Origin: Mobula hypostoma
Taxonomy: Eukaryota
DNA: 64,000 nucleotides
Direction of reading: 5' to 3'
NCBI RefSeq assembly: GCF_963921235.1
Contig: NC_086097.1
Span: 78,370,001-78,434,000 of the forward strand
The position numbers and the translations under genes were made by a program. The notes under the pieces were generated by a model. It saw nothing but the letters and a program-made list of their open reading frames with translations. It made no database searches and had not been told where the DNA came from. Shown here in pieces: positions 28,386-42,270 of this stretch. The first letter of the stretch is position 1. Every line of letters starts with the position of its first letter.

Positions 28386-31300
28386 TTAAAAAATAATCTT
28401 TTATATCTTTATTTGGAATGTTAGATTCCACAATATATAAATCAAATTAGATTGATAAAATTAAAACAGTGATTCCCTTTAATAGACACTGTTTGCTTCT
28501 ATATCTTAGTAAAATATCATAATCTCTGAAATACAGCATTTAGCTGTAGTTTTAAGATCCAGAGGATAACAGTGTCAGTATCTAATTTGACTTCGCATAT
28601 CTCCATTCTTAATCATTTGCCTACATAATACTGGAGGAGCATTGCATGCCACAGTACCACTGGCAAGTGCTTTAAGAAATGTCTAATTCTCCCAACCAAT
28701 AGCAACTTAATGATTCTCTTAAAACATCCAGTAGCTGATGTACAGAATACTTTGAAATTGCTAAAGAAAGCAGTAATAAAGGATGACTCCAGAAATGGAA
28801 TCACTGGAGTGAGGAAAACGTTAGAAGCAACTTCAAGATTTGGACTTAATAGCTGGAGGAGGAAGAGTGCAATGTAACTCAGGTCATATTAGATAGGCTA
28901 GGAATCATTATTTAGTAATTGGAATAATAAACTCTATTGGAGGAATGCTCGTAGATGTGGTTTTACAGCTGCCTCACTCATACATATTTTTATGAAAAAG
29001 CAGCTCTATTGTTCTGGCCAATTTTCAGCTCACATATTGAAATTCCAATCTTCAGCTGCCATTAAACTCCTACCCATTCCTCCCACAGTTCTATACTAAC
29101 ATCTCCGTGACTGAAATATTTTGGTGGATCTAATACATCTGTTACCAAACACAGACCAGGCCTCAATGTTCTAATTAAGACTGTTATATTTGTTGCATTA
29201 TAGAGCCACAAAATCTTATTGCTAATTTATGATTATAAAACACATTTTGAAAGAAAGAAGTTACAAAATTCAAGCATAAGCGAATAGCTTGCCCTAATGA
29301 AGTATTGTTAATATAGTAAAGTTTTCAAAGATACTTTAAAGGGGAAAGCAACTGCATGCTAAACTTCAGTGAGACTTATAGGAGATGGTTCCAAAAAAAT
29401 TGGTTAGAGCAAGGTAGGAAAAGAAGGTATGGGTTGGTTTGGAAAGAAAGCTCATAGAGCAAAGACTAGGTATCCAAAAGATTTAACAATAATCATGAAA
29501 CAGTGTCAGAGGACATACAGAAATGGTCAGAGATAAGAGTCTGAAATAGGTTGACGATATTGTTCATGATAAAGCAATGAAGATAAGGAGATAGAACATG
29601 CTGAGTTTGGGCTTATTAGTATTTTAAGAAGTTTCGACGGCAGTAAGAAAGGCACTGAAGAAAGTGAGATAGAGTTTATTAAAGAAAATGGGTAGATAAA
29701 AATGATACAAAATTTATCGGAATTAGTTTTATCTTTCCTTTGAATGCTTAGGTCAAACAAAGTAAAAAATAATGTACAACCAGACATATAACATGATATA
29801 ACATAAATAAGTATAAGATCAATAGGGCTTTCCCCTGTTTTTGATGTTATATATGGTACTTACATATTTAACAAAACAAACTATAGATTTTCCATGATCT
29901 AGCCTGTAATATATTTGCAGGCTCTTTATTATGCAAAGGGATATTTTAGATATATTTGTACTGGATTCTAAAATACGCCAAATCCAACCAAGAAATTCAA
30001 TCTGATCCTGACTCGTCACAATATAAAGACTCATGGATACCAAACAGATGAATTGACATTTACTTAGTGCTATTCAAATACCATTCATCCTTTCTATCAG
30101 AGCTCAATTCAGAACAAAGAGTAAACATTGGTAAGGGCTATTATTATTTGAACTAAAAGGACAGAAAACAACTAATTATATAGTAATATTAGCACACTGA
30201 AGAATGATTTAGTGATGTCATATATTCATATTTGCTCCCTATGTGTATATTTCTATAGAATAATGCAATATATTAGATACCTTATGGGTTTCACAACATG
30301 TGTTTAAGAATTAACGGTCTATAAGGTGAAAACAATGGTAAAATCACCCAAATTCTATCCATCTGCATCATGGGAGAAGGTTGAGCATATACGTTTTTGA
30401 TTAGCTATGGAGTTCTTGGGTGAAAGCCCTGTCATGACCAAAAGTGTAAATTAACTTGATTGGTTTTGTCATAACATGAAAACATCGCTGAATGAAAATA
30501 TTCACTGCTACCAGCTACAATCATCTGGGGCTGGTTAGAGAATTTATAAATATTCCAATAATTTGGAAACAGAGAACCTTTTTCTAAATACCTAATGAGC
30601 AAAGTGCAGGGTTGCTTCCAGTTACAAATGTTTACATTGAACCTAAGTCCTGTTTTTTGACAGAAAGTAGCATAGATTCTTTTTACCTTTTAAAAATACT
30701 GATTCTGCATACCTCATGTTTTTATTTTAGTGGGTACTAAAATACTATATAAAAAAGAGCCCAAATTCAACTCTCCATGGAAGTATTAAAGCATTTGAAA
30801 CGATGCTGCTAATTGGCAATAATTCATCTGGATAATGCTCCTAAAAGGTACATCTGACAATTTCACAGATCTTGCAGAAAATCTTCCTTTATCTCTTCAT
30901 ACCACAAGTAATAGCACTAGAGTTTCAATGTCTCATAAGTTAGTTCAATGAAAGCGTTAACACAGCACTCAAACTGAGTCACCACTGATGGTTTGATTAT
31001 CTACCTTGACCAATATAAAGCCAAAAAATCTAAAATAATTGCAAGTTCATGCAAATTAAATTGAAATTTATTTTTAGTTGATTCTACTAACCTCAAGAAA
31101 CACTGTTTTTTTTTCCTTAATGCTTCTATATCAAGTTGCTTTAAATTTAGAAACCAGATTTAAAGTTCTGGGTCATACTAAACATCAAAAGGGTGAAGAC
31201 TATAAAGGTAAAGAAAGACAAAATAAATCCTGTTAGAACATGTACATCCTAATGTTGCTTTGAGAATTGACTTTTTTTTTATTTTAGTGTCCAATTATTT

Positions 31301-33623
31301 GTGAAAACAAATGTGTTTAATACATTACACAGACTAAATATCTTTATTAGACTCAGAGAAAATAGTATTCTGTCTGTGATGTGCTGGTAGTACTGTACAT
31401 TGAATCCTGTGCCCATTTTTAACCAGTAAGACATAATTGAAATGTTCCAACCTAGTGTTTTGCAGGAAATTGACTTAAAAGCTGATTTTTCATTATCAAG
31501 AGACTTAACTGAAAAATGAGAAAAACTGAAAGGAAACAAGAGACAGTTCAACTTCATAGAGGGATTGAAATCTTCTAACAAAATGTTAAAAAAAACCTAA
31601 GGCAAAAGATTGAAAAAATGTATTACTCTTAAGACAAGGAAGCTTATGTTCATACCAGTGAACAGTAAATTTAAGACACATGTCAGGAAGTATTTCTTCA
31701 CGTAAAGAGGAATGAATTCTTTGAAAAGATATATATGACGAGCAATAGAAGAGAAACCATAGTCATTCCAGTCTTTAAATTGCTTGATACAGGACCATCA
31801 GCTATTCTTTTTGAGTAGATCAACCAGATAATTTTGTTGTGCTGTTATGCAAAGTTATAGTCTGTGAGGAATGTTCATGATACTCAAATGTTCAACACTG
31901 TATATTCTTACTACAAGAAATAAGTTTCACAAAATGATAATTCTGTACATAAACGAGAATTTTTCAAATATGATAAATATGTATGTACTCATTAATATTG
32001 CTGTTACAGATGCACACTCATAATCTGCATACAAATGAGTAAGTATTTCATTGAAAATTGTAACAAATGTGCTCACTATATCATTCTCTATAATAGCTTG
32101 AATAATGCAATTGAGACTCCTTAATTCAAAAGAAAACTGATCAAACCTTCTAACACAGATGCTCTTGCACCAATCTGAATTCCAGATCTTAATAGAATTT
32201 ACTGAAAAAGCAGATTTTTGAGCCAAGTGCATTATTGTTGTTAAAAAGACCCATGAATCACACTAATCGGGTGTGAAGGTATTTGCGAGGGCTCAAAAGA
32301 CTCCCATCCAAATTTAACAAAAACAAAATTGCTTAAACTCTTGAACAACAACTCACTGTGTAATGCTGAAATAAACCTATTTGAAAAAGCAGATAGCGTA
32401 CAACTTACCAGGTAGATATGGATAAGGAAAACCATTAAATCAAATAAATAGCAGGGTATCTCGTTGTTTCTTAAACAATTTTAATTAAGCATAATTTTAC
32501 ATCAGCATTTACCATTATGGTTGCTAAGAGTACTCGGTCTCAAATTAACTTTATCATAAAAGTTGAATTAAAGATATCATGTTAAATACTAAATTCTGAC
32601 ATGAGGAGACCATAGCTAGGTTTGAATATCAGGAAATACAAGTCACGATTGAATGTTCTATAATTGGATTCAATTAAAAAAATAATTCTTAAGATTACAG
32701 CTTTTTTTGGAAGTCCTTTTCTGTAGCAGTTGGTAAAAGACTCAACATGATATTGAGTACAAAAACCACAACTTTCATTGTGTGACTATTTGCTTGAATC
32801 TTCATGATTTTATGGTACTAATCTGTGAAGAATCGTGGTTTTCCTTCAGTACTGTTGTGCAATACACTTGCACTTCACAAGACATAAATACTTCACCAAC
32901 TGCAAGAATCAGGTTTAAATAAAGCTTTGGGGGATTTGTAGGCTTGATGCAAAGCATGTGTGTCTAATCCAGATTTCACATTCTTGCTGTCAGTTATTGC
33001 CTCTGAAAATGTATAGTCCAGCGAACAAAGTGTCTATTTTGGGAAAGTTGTGCAATTGTGCTACTGAATGCCTCTCCCTCCTGGAGACCAATTCTTTGAA
33101 TGATAAATTTGTGGTTGGTAGCATTGAAAGGTTTTAAAACTAAGTCACAAGAATTCCCAAGATAAAAATGTTTGTTGGAGGGGGAAAGTAAGCCTGTTAA
33201 TCTTATTATTGACAATAGTTTGATATAAAGAGCAATTGTAGTGTTTATGTATATGTGTTTCTAAAAATGTATAATTTGGAGAGATGCATAGCAGAGCAGG
33301 GAAACAATGCACTAAAGCACATTAAAAATACATTTTATTAGGCTGCAATTGAATATAAAGCCCTAAAAGTTGTCTTATTGATAAATTTGATGATTTATCT
33401 GACATTCGGGATTTCAGATTGAAAAATATCTTGTTTTCCTATCCCACTAGATGTAAGATTAGAGTAATTTATGACAGAATTGAATTTCCTCACCCATTCA
33501 CAGCTTTATTAACAAAAATATTTTATGGTATGTGTGAGTTACACTACTGTATATTACATGAAATAAGTATTCTGCAACTCTTAAACAATGGAACATACAT
33601 GAAATGCATATGTTGTGCCAACT

Positions 33624-33749
33624 GACTTTTTTTCAGAAAATAAACTGTTTATTAGCCTACTATCTTTTTGTTAACTATGGAACACTCTGTTCCATTTTTA
33701 ACAAAGAGATAGGTGGCTGATAAACAGTTTATTTTCTGGGAAAAAAGTC
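33624..33749. repeat. Near-perfect inverted repeat (~61-bp arms, 3-nt loop)
   Basis: gactttttttcagaaaataaactgtttattagcc...atggaaca ctc tgttccat...ggctgataaacagtttattttctgggaaaaaagtc. Confidence 0.9.
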
Positions 33750-34914
33750 TGATCAAGCCAACGTGTTCAAGGAAACTCACATAAGCTAGACATTATTTAT
33801 TAGGAGTGAACACATTGCACAAAGCTTAAGGTAGTCTTGCTACATTTTTTTGTCTAAAATTCAGTCAATGACTTGAGGTATGAAACAATGAGCTCAGCAA
33901 CAAGATTAGACTTAGAGACTCCATTGTGATTGCCAACTGACTGCATTCTCACCCAGCAAAGGAGAAGACAGAAATATTAAAAATGTGACAGAAAATGCTT
34001 TTTCATTTGAATGACTTTCCTCTTGTCAAGATCTATTTTTGCTGGATCATGTTTCTTATGCTGATGTGTCCTAATATAACAGTAATCCATATGATCTAGT
34101 TGGCTGAACTTACAAGAAAAAACATAATAAAGCTTTGAAAGTTTAACCATGGAAAAATCGCAGCTCTGCAAACAAAACAGATTTTATAACATTTCAAGCA
34201 TATTCATTATTCATGATAGGAGAAGACAGAAGACACAAGACTTAAATTTTTATTTTACTGCAATATTTACAGTGTGTTTTTCCTGACAATATTTGAATAT
34301 AGTTTTCATTGTTAAGATTTCAGACATAACATCATTTGTAAAGATAATTTGTTGCACAATTTTGTCTCATATATGTACACAACCATAAAGGAGGCCATTC
34401 TCTACATTGATGTACGGCCAACTCTCAGGGCAAGCCCATCCTGCCTCTATTTATTGCACTGTAACTTATTTTCTTTTACATGCCCATTAATTCCCCCCAC
34501 CCCCATTTCTAAATATTCCACATAATTTGTATTTTATAGTAGTCAACTGATTTATCAACCAGCATGTATTTAGACATGCGAGGAAACTAGAGCACTTGGG
34601 AAAATCTCAAGTACTCCACAGAGACTTACCATGGGCCAGGGTCACTGGAGCAGCTGGGGGACAGGAGCACTGTTGTGTTCAATGCCACCCAACTAAGGGG
34701 AAAAAGTGTCATAGTTTGAAATTCAGTATGACGTAAGCTCCAGCAATATATTTTTCTTCTGATAACATCTGTAAAGGAGTCATTGTTGCTCAGACTGAAT
34801 AACGATAATAATGAAAATGACAGATTCTTGAGTATCTTATTACAAAAGAGGGCCAAGGTTGTTGTTAATATATTGAGCTCTTCATATCCAAAAGAAGACA
34901 CTACAAATAAAATA

Positions 34915-37280
34915 TGGGAATTATAGACCAGTGACTTTTAACTCAGTGGGGAGCAAATCATTGGAAAGAATTCTTAGAGACAGAATTTATGAGTATTTGG
35001 AGAAGCATAGTTTGATTATAGACAGTCAACATGGCTTTGTAAGGGGCAGGTCATGCCTGGCTGAAATCTTTGAGGAAGTGACAAAACAAATTGATGAAGT
35101 TAGAGTAATTGATGTGGTGTACAGGGATTTTAGTAGGTGTTTGACATGGTTCTCCATAGCAGGGCCCATTTAGAAAGTCAGGAGGCATGGGTTCAGAATC
35201 AGAATCAGAATCAGAATCAGGTTTATTATCACCAGTTTGTGTCATGAAATTTATTAACTTAGCAGCAGCAGTTCAATCCAATATATAATATAGAAGAAAA
35301 AAACAAAATAAAATAATAATAATAATAATAATAAGTAAATCAATAACAGTATACGTATATTGAATAGATTAAAAATCATGCAAGAACAGAAATAATATAT
35401 ATTTAAAAAGTGAGGTAGTGTCCAAGGGCTCAATGTCCATTTAGGAATCGGATAGCAAAGTGGAAGGAGCTGTTCTTAAATCACTGAGTGTGTGCCTTCA
35501 GGCTTCTGTACCTCCGACCTGTTGGTAACAGTGAGAAAAAGGCATGCCCTGGGTGTTGGAGGTCCTTAATAATAAACGCTGCCTTTCTAAGACACCATTC
35601 CTTTGTAGGCTAGTACCCAAGATGGAGCCAACTAAACTTAAAACCCTCTGCAACTTCTTTCGGTCCTGTGCAGTAGCCCCCACCCCATACCAGACAGTGA
35701 TGCAGCCTGTCAGAATGCTCTCCACGGTATATCTATAGAAGTTTTTTAGTTTATTTGTTGACATACCAAATCTCTTCCAGTCCACAATCAGCTCTTTCCT
35801 CTTACTAACATTGTGTGCCAGGTTGTTGCTGTGACACCACTCCACTAGTTGGGATATCTTTCTCTTGTATGCCCTCTCGTCACCACCTGAGATTCTACCA
35901 ACAATGGTTGTATCATCAGCAAATTTATAGATGGTATTTGACCTATGCCTAGCCACACAGTTATGGGTATATAGAGAGCAGAGCAGAGGGCTAAGCACAC
36001 ATCCCTGAAGTGGACCAATGTTGATCATCAGTGAGGAGGAGATGTTATCACGAATCCACTCAGATTGTGGTCCTCCGGTTAGGAAGTCAAGGATTGAATT
36101 GCAGGGGGAGGTACAGAGGCCTAGGTTCTGTAACTTCTCAATCAGGATTGTGGGAATGATGGTATTAAATGCTGAGCTATAGTCGATGAACAGCATTCTG
36201 ACATAGGTGTTTGTGTTGTCCAGGTGGTCTAAAGCTGTGTGAAGGGCAATTGAGATTGCATCTGCCATTGCTCTACTGTGGCGATAGGCAAATTGCAATG
36301 GGTCCAGGTCCTTGCTGAGGCAGGAGTTCAGTCTAGTCATGACCAACCACTCAAAGCATTCATCACTGTAGATGCGAGTGCTACCGGGTGATAGTCATTA
36401 AGGCAGCTCATATTATTCATGGAATAATGAATAGAAGGTCTATGGGAACCTAGCTGTTTGGATTCAGAACTGGCTCGTCCACAGAAAGCAGAGGGTGGAG
36501 CGTATTCTGCCCGGAGATCGGTGACCAGTGATTTTTATAAATGATTTAGATGTGGAAGTGGAAGGGTGGGCTAGTAAGTTTGCAGGTAACATGAAGGTTG
36601 TGGATAGTGTAGAAGGTTGGTATAGGTTACAATGGGACATTTATAGGATGCAGAGCAGGGCTGAGGAGTGTCAGATGGAAAGGGTGAAGTGATTCACTTT
36701 AGAAAGCCACACTTGAAGGCAGAGTACAGAGTTGATGGCAGGATTCTGAGCAGAGAAATTTTGAGTCCGCAGCCATCGGTCCCTCAAAGTTGCAGCACAA
36801 GTTAACAGGGTAGTTAAGAAGGCATAAGGTGTGTTGGCCTTCATTAGTCAAGGGATTGAGTTCAAGAGCTGCAAAATAATGTTTTAGTTCTATAAAATTC
36901 TGGTTAGACCACACTTTGAGTATTGTGTCCAGTTCTGGTCACCTCATGTGACCATATGAGAGCATGTCTTATGAGGATAGATTGAGCAAGCTAGGGCATT
37001 TCTCTCTGGAGTGAAGAAGGATAAAATGTGACTTGATAGAGATGTATGAGAGGCATAGACAGTGTGGACAGCCAGAGACATTTTCCCAAGGCAGAAATGA
37101 CTAATACGAGTGGTCATATTTATAAGATGATTGGAGGAAAGTATAGGGGTGATGTCAGAGGTAGTATTTTTTTACATAGATGGGTGCATAGAACATGCTG
37201 CTGGGAGTGGTGGTAGAGGCAAATACATTGGGGACACTTAAGAGTCTCTTAGATAGACACAGGGATAAAGGAAATACAGC
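34915..37280 (+). mobile_element. CR1 LINE interrupted by an antisense Rex1 (35193-36417)
   Basis: SQHGFVRGRSCL..FEEVT at 34931-35173. The RT and C-terminus resume at ~36430. Confidence 0.85.
35193..36417 (-). mobile_element. Rex1/Babar LINE 3' part
   Basis: ORF 35498-36346 ([24 protein letters not shown]) and a (gaatca)n tail at 35193-35220. Confidence 0.9.
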
Positions 37281-37289
37281 TAAAAAGCA

Positions 37290-40228
37290 CAACTGCTTCC
37301 AAAGTCAGTACAGTCAACAAAGATGCCTTAAAACTATTTCTGCTTGAAACTGACACAAACAATGCTGACTGGGGACAGAGTTGTCACAGGATTCGATGCA
37401 GGAAACATGGCAGCAGGTCAGCGATACAAGTGTGTTTAAGGAAACGGGGTTTTAAACTCCCAATACTGACTAGCTTGCTGGTAAACATGCAGTCTCTGGT
37501 GAATAAAATCGATGGTCTCAGAGCTAGGGTGCTGAATCAGAGGGACAGTAGGACAGCATGTGTCCTTTGTTTCACAGAATCCTAGTTAACCCCTTCTGTA
37601 CCAGATGCAGTGATTCAGATTGACAGGTTTACTATACACTGTCAGGATAGATCTATAGGGTCTCTCAAAAGCAGAGGTGGAGGAGTATGCCTCATGATCA
37701 ACTCTTCTAGGTGCACAAATATACTAGTGCTGTCCCAATTCTGCTCATCAGACCTGGAATATCTAGCAGTTAAGTGTTGTCCTTTTTACTTACCGCGGGA
37801 GATTTCTGGGATCATTTTGGTAGCAGTATACATTCCACCTCAGGCCAATGTCAATCAGGCTTTAGATGATCTGAGCAACGGGATCAACATGCATGAAACA
37901 GCGCACCCTAATGCCTTCACCATCATTTTCAAGGATTTTAACCAGACCAGTCTGAAAAAACTAAGCAATTACCACCAACAGATCACTTGCAATACTAGAG
38001 TAAACAACACACTGGACCATTGCTACACCACCATCAAGAATGCCTACCGTGCTATTCCACGCCCTCACTTCGGGAAGTCTGATCACCTGGCTGTACTTCT
38101 ATTTCCTGAGTATAGGCAGAGACTGAAGACTGCAGCACCAGTGGTGAGGACCAAGAAGCTTTGGACAAGGGAAGTGCAGGAGTGCCTACAGTACTGCTTT
38201 GAACTGGTGGACTGGACTGTATTCAGGAATTCATCTTCGAACCTGGATGAGTATGCTGCAGTTGTTGCTGACTTCATTAAAACCTGTGTGGATGAGTGTG
38301 TGCCTGCAAAGATTTACTGTACATTCCCAAACCAAAAGCCGTGGACGAACCAGGAGGTACGTCATCTGCTGAAGGCTAGATCTGTGGCATTCAAGTCTGC
38401 GACCCACCCCAGTAAACCAGGTATGATTTGCGGAGAGATGTTTCAAGGGCTAAGAGGCGACTTCGAATGTATGACAACTCTGGCAGGGTTTGCAATACAT
38501 TACTTCCTACAAAACAAAACCCAATAGCATGAATGGCAGCGATGCTTCACTACCAGATGAACTCAACGCCTTCTATGCACACTTTGAAAGGGAGAATATA
38601 ACTACAGCTGTGAAGATCCCTGCTGCACCTGATGACCCTGTGATCTCTGTCTCAGAGGCTGATGTTAGGCTGTCTTTAAAGAGACTGAACCCTCGCAAGG
38701 TAGAAGGTCCCGATGGAGTACCTGGTAAGGTTTTGAAAACCTGTGCCAACCAAATGGCGAGAGTATTCAAGGACATTTTCAACCTCTCACTGCTTCAGGC
38801 AGAAGTTCCTACTTGTTTCAAAACGGCAACAATTATACCAGTGCCTAAGAAGAATAATGTGAGCTGCCTTAATGACTATTACCTGGTAGCACTCACATCA
38901 ACAATGATGAAATGCTTTGAGTGGTTGGTCATGACTAGACTGAACTCCTGCCTCAGCAAGGACCTGGACCCATTGCAATTTGCCTATCGCCACAACAGGT
39001 CAACAGTAGATGGAATCTCAATGGCCCTTCACACAGCTTTTAACCACTAGGACAACACAAACACCTATGTCAGAATGCTGTTCATCGACTATAGCTCAGC
39101 ATTTAATACCATCATTCCCACAATTCTGATTGAGAAGTTACAGAACCTGGGCCTTTGTACCTCCCTCTGCAATTGGATCTTCGACTTCCTAACTGGAAGA
39201 CCACAATTTGTGGGGATTGGTGATAATATCTCCTCCTCACTGACTATCAACACTGGTGCACCTCTGGGATGTATGCTTAGCCCACTGCTCCACTCTGTCT
39301 ATACCCATGACTGTGTGGCTAGGCGTAGCTCAAATACCATGTATAAATTTGTTGATGATACAACCATTGTTAGTAGAATCTCAGATGGAGAGGAGAGGGC
39401 GTACAGGAGTGAGATATGCCAACTAGTGGAGTGGTGCCGTAGCAACAACCTGGCATTCCAATGTCAGTAAGACGAAAGAGCTGATTGTGCACTTCAGGAA
39501 GGGTAAGATAAACACATACCAATCCTTATAGAGGGATCAGAAGTGGAGAGAGTAGGTAGTTTCAAGTTCTTGGGTGTCAAGATCTCTGAGGACCTCACCT
39601 GGTCCCAACATATCAATACAGTTATAAAGAAGGAAAGACAAACACTATATTTCATTAGCAGTTTGAAGAGATTTGGTACGTCAACAAATACACTCAAAAA
39701 CTTCTATAGATGTACCGTGGAGAGCATTCTGACAGGCTGCATCACTGTCGGGTTTGGGGGAACGACTGCACAGGACCAAAAGAAGCTGGAGAGGGTTGCA
39801 AATTTAGTCAGTTCCATCTTGGGTACTAGCCTACAAAGTATCCAGGACATCTTCAAGGAGCGGTGTCTCAGAAATGCAGTGTTCATTATTAAGGACCTCC
39901 AGCACCCAGGGCATGCCCTTTTCTCACTGTTACCATCAAGTAGGAGGTACAGAAGCCTGAAGGCACACACTCAGAGATTCAGAAACAGCTTCTTGTCCTC
40001 TGCCATCTGATTCCTAAATGGACGTTGAACCCTTGAACGCTACCTCACTTTTTTAAATATACAGTGCATTATTTCTGTTTTTGCATGATTTTCAATCTAT
40101 TCAATATACGTATACTGTAATTGACTTACTTATTTTTTTCCTTCTATATTATGTATTGCATTGAACTGCTGCTGCTAAGTTAACAAATTTCACGACACAT
40201 GCCAGTGATAATAAACCTGATTCTGATT
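37290..40228 (+). mobile_element. Near full-length decayed Rex1/Babar LINE (endonuclease + RT)
   Basis: ORFs 37610-38527 (GGGVC, VYIPPQA, DFNQ, TLDHCY, FGKSDH), 38490-39050, 39075-39470 and 39543-40010. Tail ctgattctgatt. Confidence 0.93.
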
Positions 40229-40519
40229 ATTTGGATATAGGCCCTATGAGTATGGAAACCCTGAAGTAAAAGACATCAAAATGATGGACAGTAAAGTATT
40301 TAAAACTACAGTACATACTTGAACAACATAATTATCAAAATTTGCCATCAGAGTCAAACAAGACTTCACAAATAATAAGATCACACTTGTGCACACAAAT
40401 TACTTCTGAAGTCACCCCGTGTCAGTCCATTTCACCAGACCTATCATCTGAGATACAAGATAGCTATTTTAATCATGGTTAAATACATCTCTCAAAAACA
40501 CGGAGTGTCGCACGGAAGT

Positions 40520-40720
40520 TGTACTGTATGGCCTACATTATAATAAGGGACTACTTTATGTTGTAGTAACATGCTGTTGCATGCGGTATTAGGCGTGTAG
40601 GGATCTGTATGTGTGTGAGTAAAAGTTTGGACTCTACCAGTAAAGAACCATGAAACTTAGCTGCCGTCTCTTGCGTTTTTATTAATAACATAGTTGTGTA
40701 AACAGGCCACATACACAACA
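40520..40720 (+). repeat. 5' LTR
   Basis: Starts TGTACTG and ends ACAACA. About 18 mismatches in 201 bp versus the 3' LTR by manual count, many at CpG. Confidence 0.95.
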
Positions 40721-40723
40721 AAT

Positions 40724-40734
40724 TGGTGACGAGG
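40724..40734 (+). promoter_or_regulatory. Primer-binding site
   Basis: TGGTGACGAGG begins 3 nt after the 5' LTR; typical Gypsy PBS. Confidence 0.8.
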
Positions 40735-40788
40735 TTAATGAACCTACATCTTATCGGAACGCCGGGTTTTAGTTGATAACGACACTTG

Positions 40789-40950
40789 GAGGAAGAGCGC
40801 AAGGAACAAGCCAAGGAGTGGAAGAAGGAGGCAGAGCAGGGCCGCGAGTCCGAAAGGAAGCAGGAGCACAGCCGGAGTCGGGAACATCGGGAGGCCAAGA
40901 AACACAGTCGGAGCCGCAGCATGTCCAGCCGAGACCACAGCCAGCGCTGA
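40789..40950 (+). pseudogene. ACIN1: Captured C-terminal coding fragment of an RS/RE-rich protein, most like Acinus
   Basis: Reads EEERKEQAKEWKKEAEQGRESERKQEHSRSREHREAKKHSRSRSMSSRDHSQR*. Undoing CpG transitions gives ...KREHSRSRERREAKKHSRSRSTSSRDRGRR*, resembling the Acinus C-terminus as I recall it. The region is low complexity, so the identity is tentative. Confidence 0.65.
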
Positions 40951-41102
40951 CCCCCAGGGGCTGAGGGTCTGCCTGCCCCAGAAGGGAGATAAAAAGGAGC
41001 GACACACACATCTAGACAGAGTGCGCTCGTGGGGCTAGCAAAAAGGACACATGAGTCAAAAAGAAAAAAAGGGGGAAAAGGGGCTAACTTAACATAACAA
41101 AG

Positions 41103-42270
41103 GTGGCAATGATTGGAACCATTACAGCATTTGATAGTGGCATTGAAGACTAGGCAACTTACATTGAGAGAGTGGAGTTATATAGTGAGGCTAATGATGT
41201 TAATGATGAAAAGAAAGCCAGTGTCTTACTCAGTATTATGAGAGCAAAAACATATGGGCTGCTACAGAGCTTGTTAACCCCTGAAAAGCCAGCTGACAAA
41301 ACATTCAAGCAAATAGTAGACACTCTCCAACAGCATTAAACCCCAAACCACTGGTCATTGCTGAAAGATTTAAATTTCACAAACAGAATTAGAGCAAAAA
41401 TGAAAGCATTTCTGAACATTGTGACTTGCGCAAATTATCGGAACGTTGTCAATTTGGACCTTGTCTATCGGACACATTGAGGGACAGGTTAGTGTGCGGA
41501 ATGTGAAACCACACAGAAGAAGCTCCTGAGTGAAAAAGACCTTAATTACAGAAGGTGCCGAACATCGCAATATCAACGGAAACAGAAGCACAAGGTGCTT
41601 CAGAGGTACAAAAAAATCTCTCGAGTATGCTACGAATAAAATGTCACCAAACAGAAATGAAGGAAATAAATGTTACAATTATGGGAACATGTCACATGAC
41701 CCTGAGGACTGTTGGTTTAAAGACAAAGAATGCAGAAACTGTGGCAAACAGGGCCACATTGGCAGAGTATGCAAAGCTAGTAAACAACAGAAAACAGACA
41801 AAATACAGAGAAACAAGAAACCCCAGAAAGGAAAACACAACAATGTACACAAAATGGAAGAAATCAGTTCTGATGAAAACAACTCAGACGAAAGTGAATT
41901 GTCTTGTCTGCGGCTTCACAGCGTGAAAGAGACAGATGATTGAAGAGTAATAAGGATCACTCCACAAGTGGCAGGCGTGAGACTGAAAATGGAGTTGGAC
42001 ACAGGCTCAGCTTTAACAGTGATCTCTGTACATGACTACTAACGACTGTTTTCTCACATACCTCTGAAACGAACTAAACTACTGCTAAAGACTTTCACAG
42101 GACAGAAAGTGCGTCCCAAAGCCAAAATTAAAGTGACAGTGACCTACGGAGACAAAACACAGCAGCTGAACCTCTATGTACTGAAAAATGGAGGACCACT
42201 GTTGCTAGGACGGGAATGGCTCAGGAAAATCCAGTTGGATTGGCACACCATCAAGGCACAAGATGTGTCA
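41103..42270 (+). pseudogene. Gypsy gag + aspartic protease, with stops and frameshifts
   Basis: MIGTITAFDSGIED*ATYIERVE..KKASVLLS..PKPLVIAERFKF; knuckles CYNYG..H....C (degenerate) and CRNCGKQGHIGRVC; MELDTGS (Asp codon 41998-42000); LLGREWLRKIQLDW. Confidence 0.92.

Noticed and set aside
40551..41011. Overlapping minus-strand ORFs of 80-152 aa, plus the 63-aa plus-strand ORF
   Set aside because: These are shadow frames of the GC-rich RS-coding fragment and the LTR.
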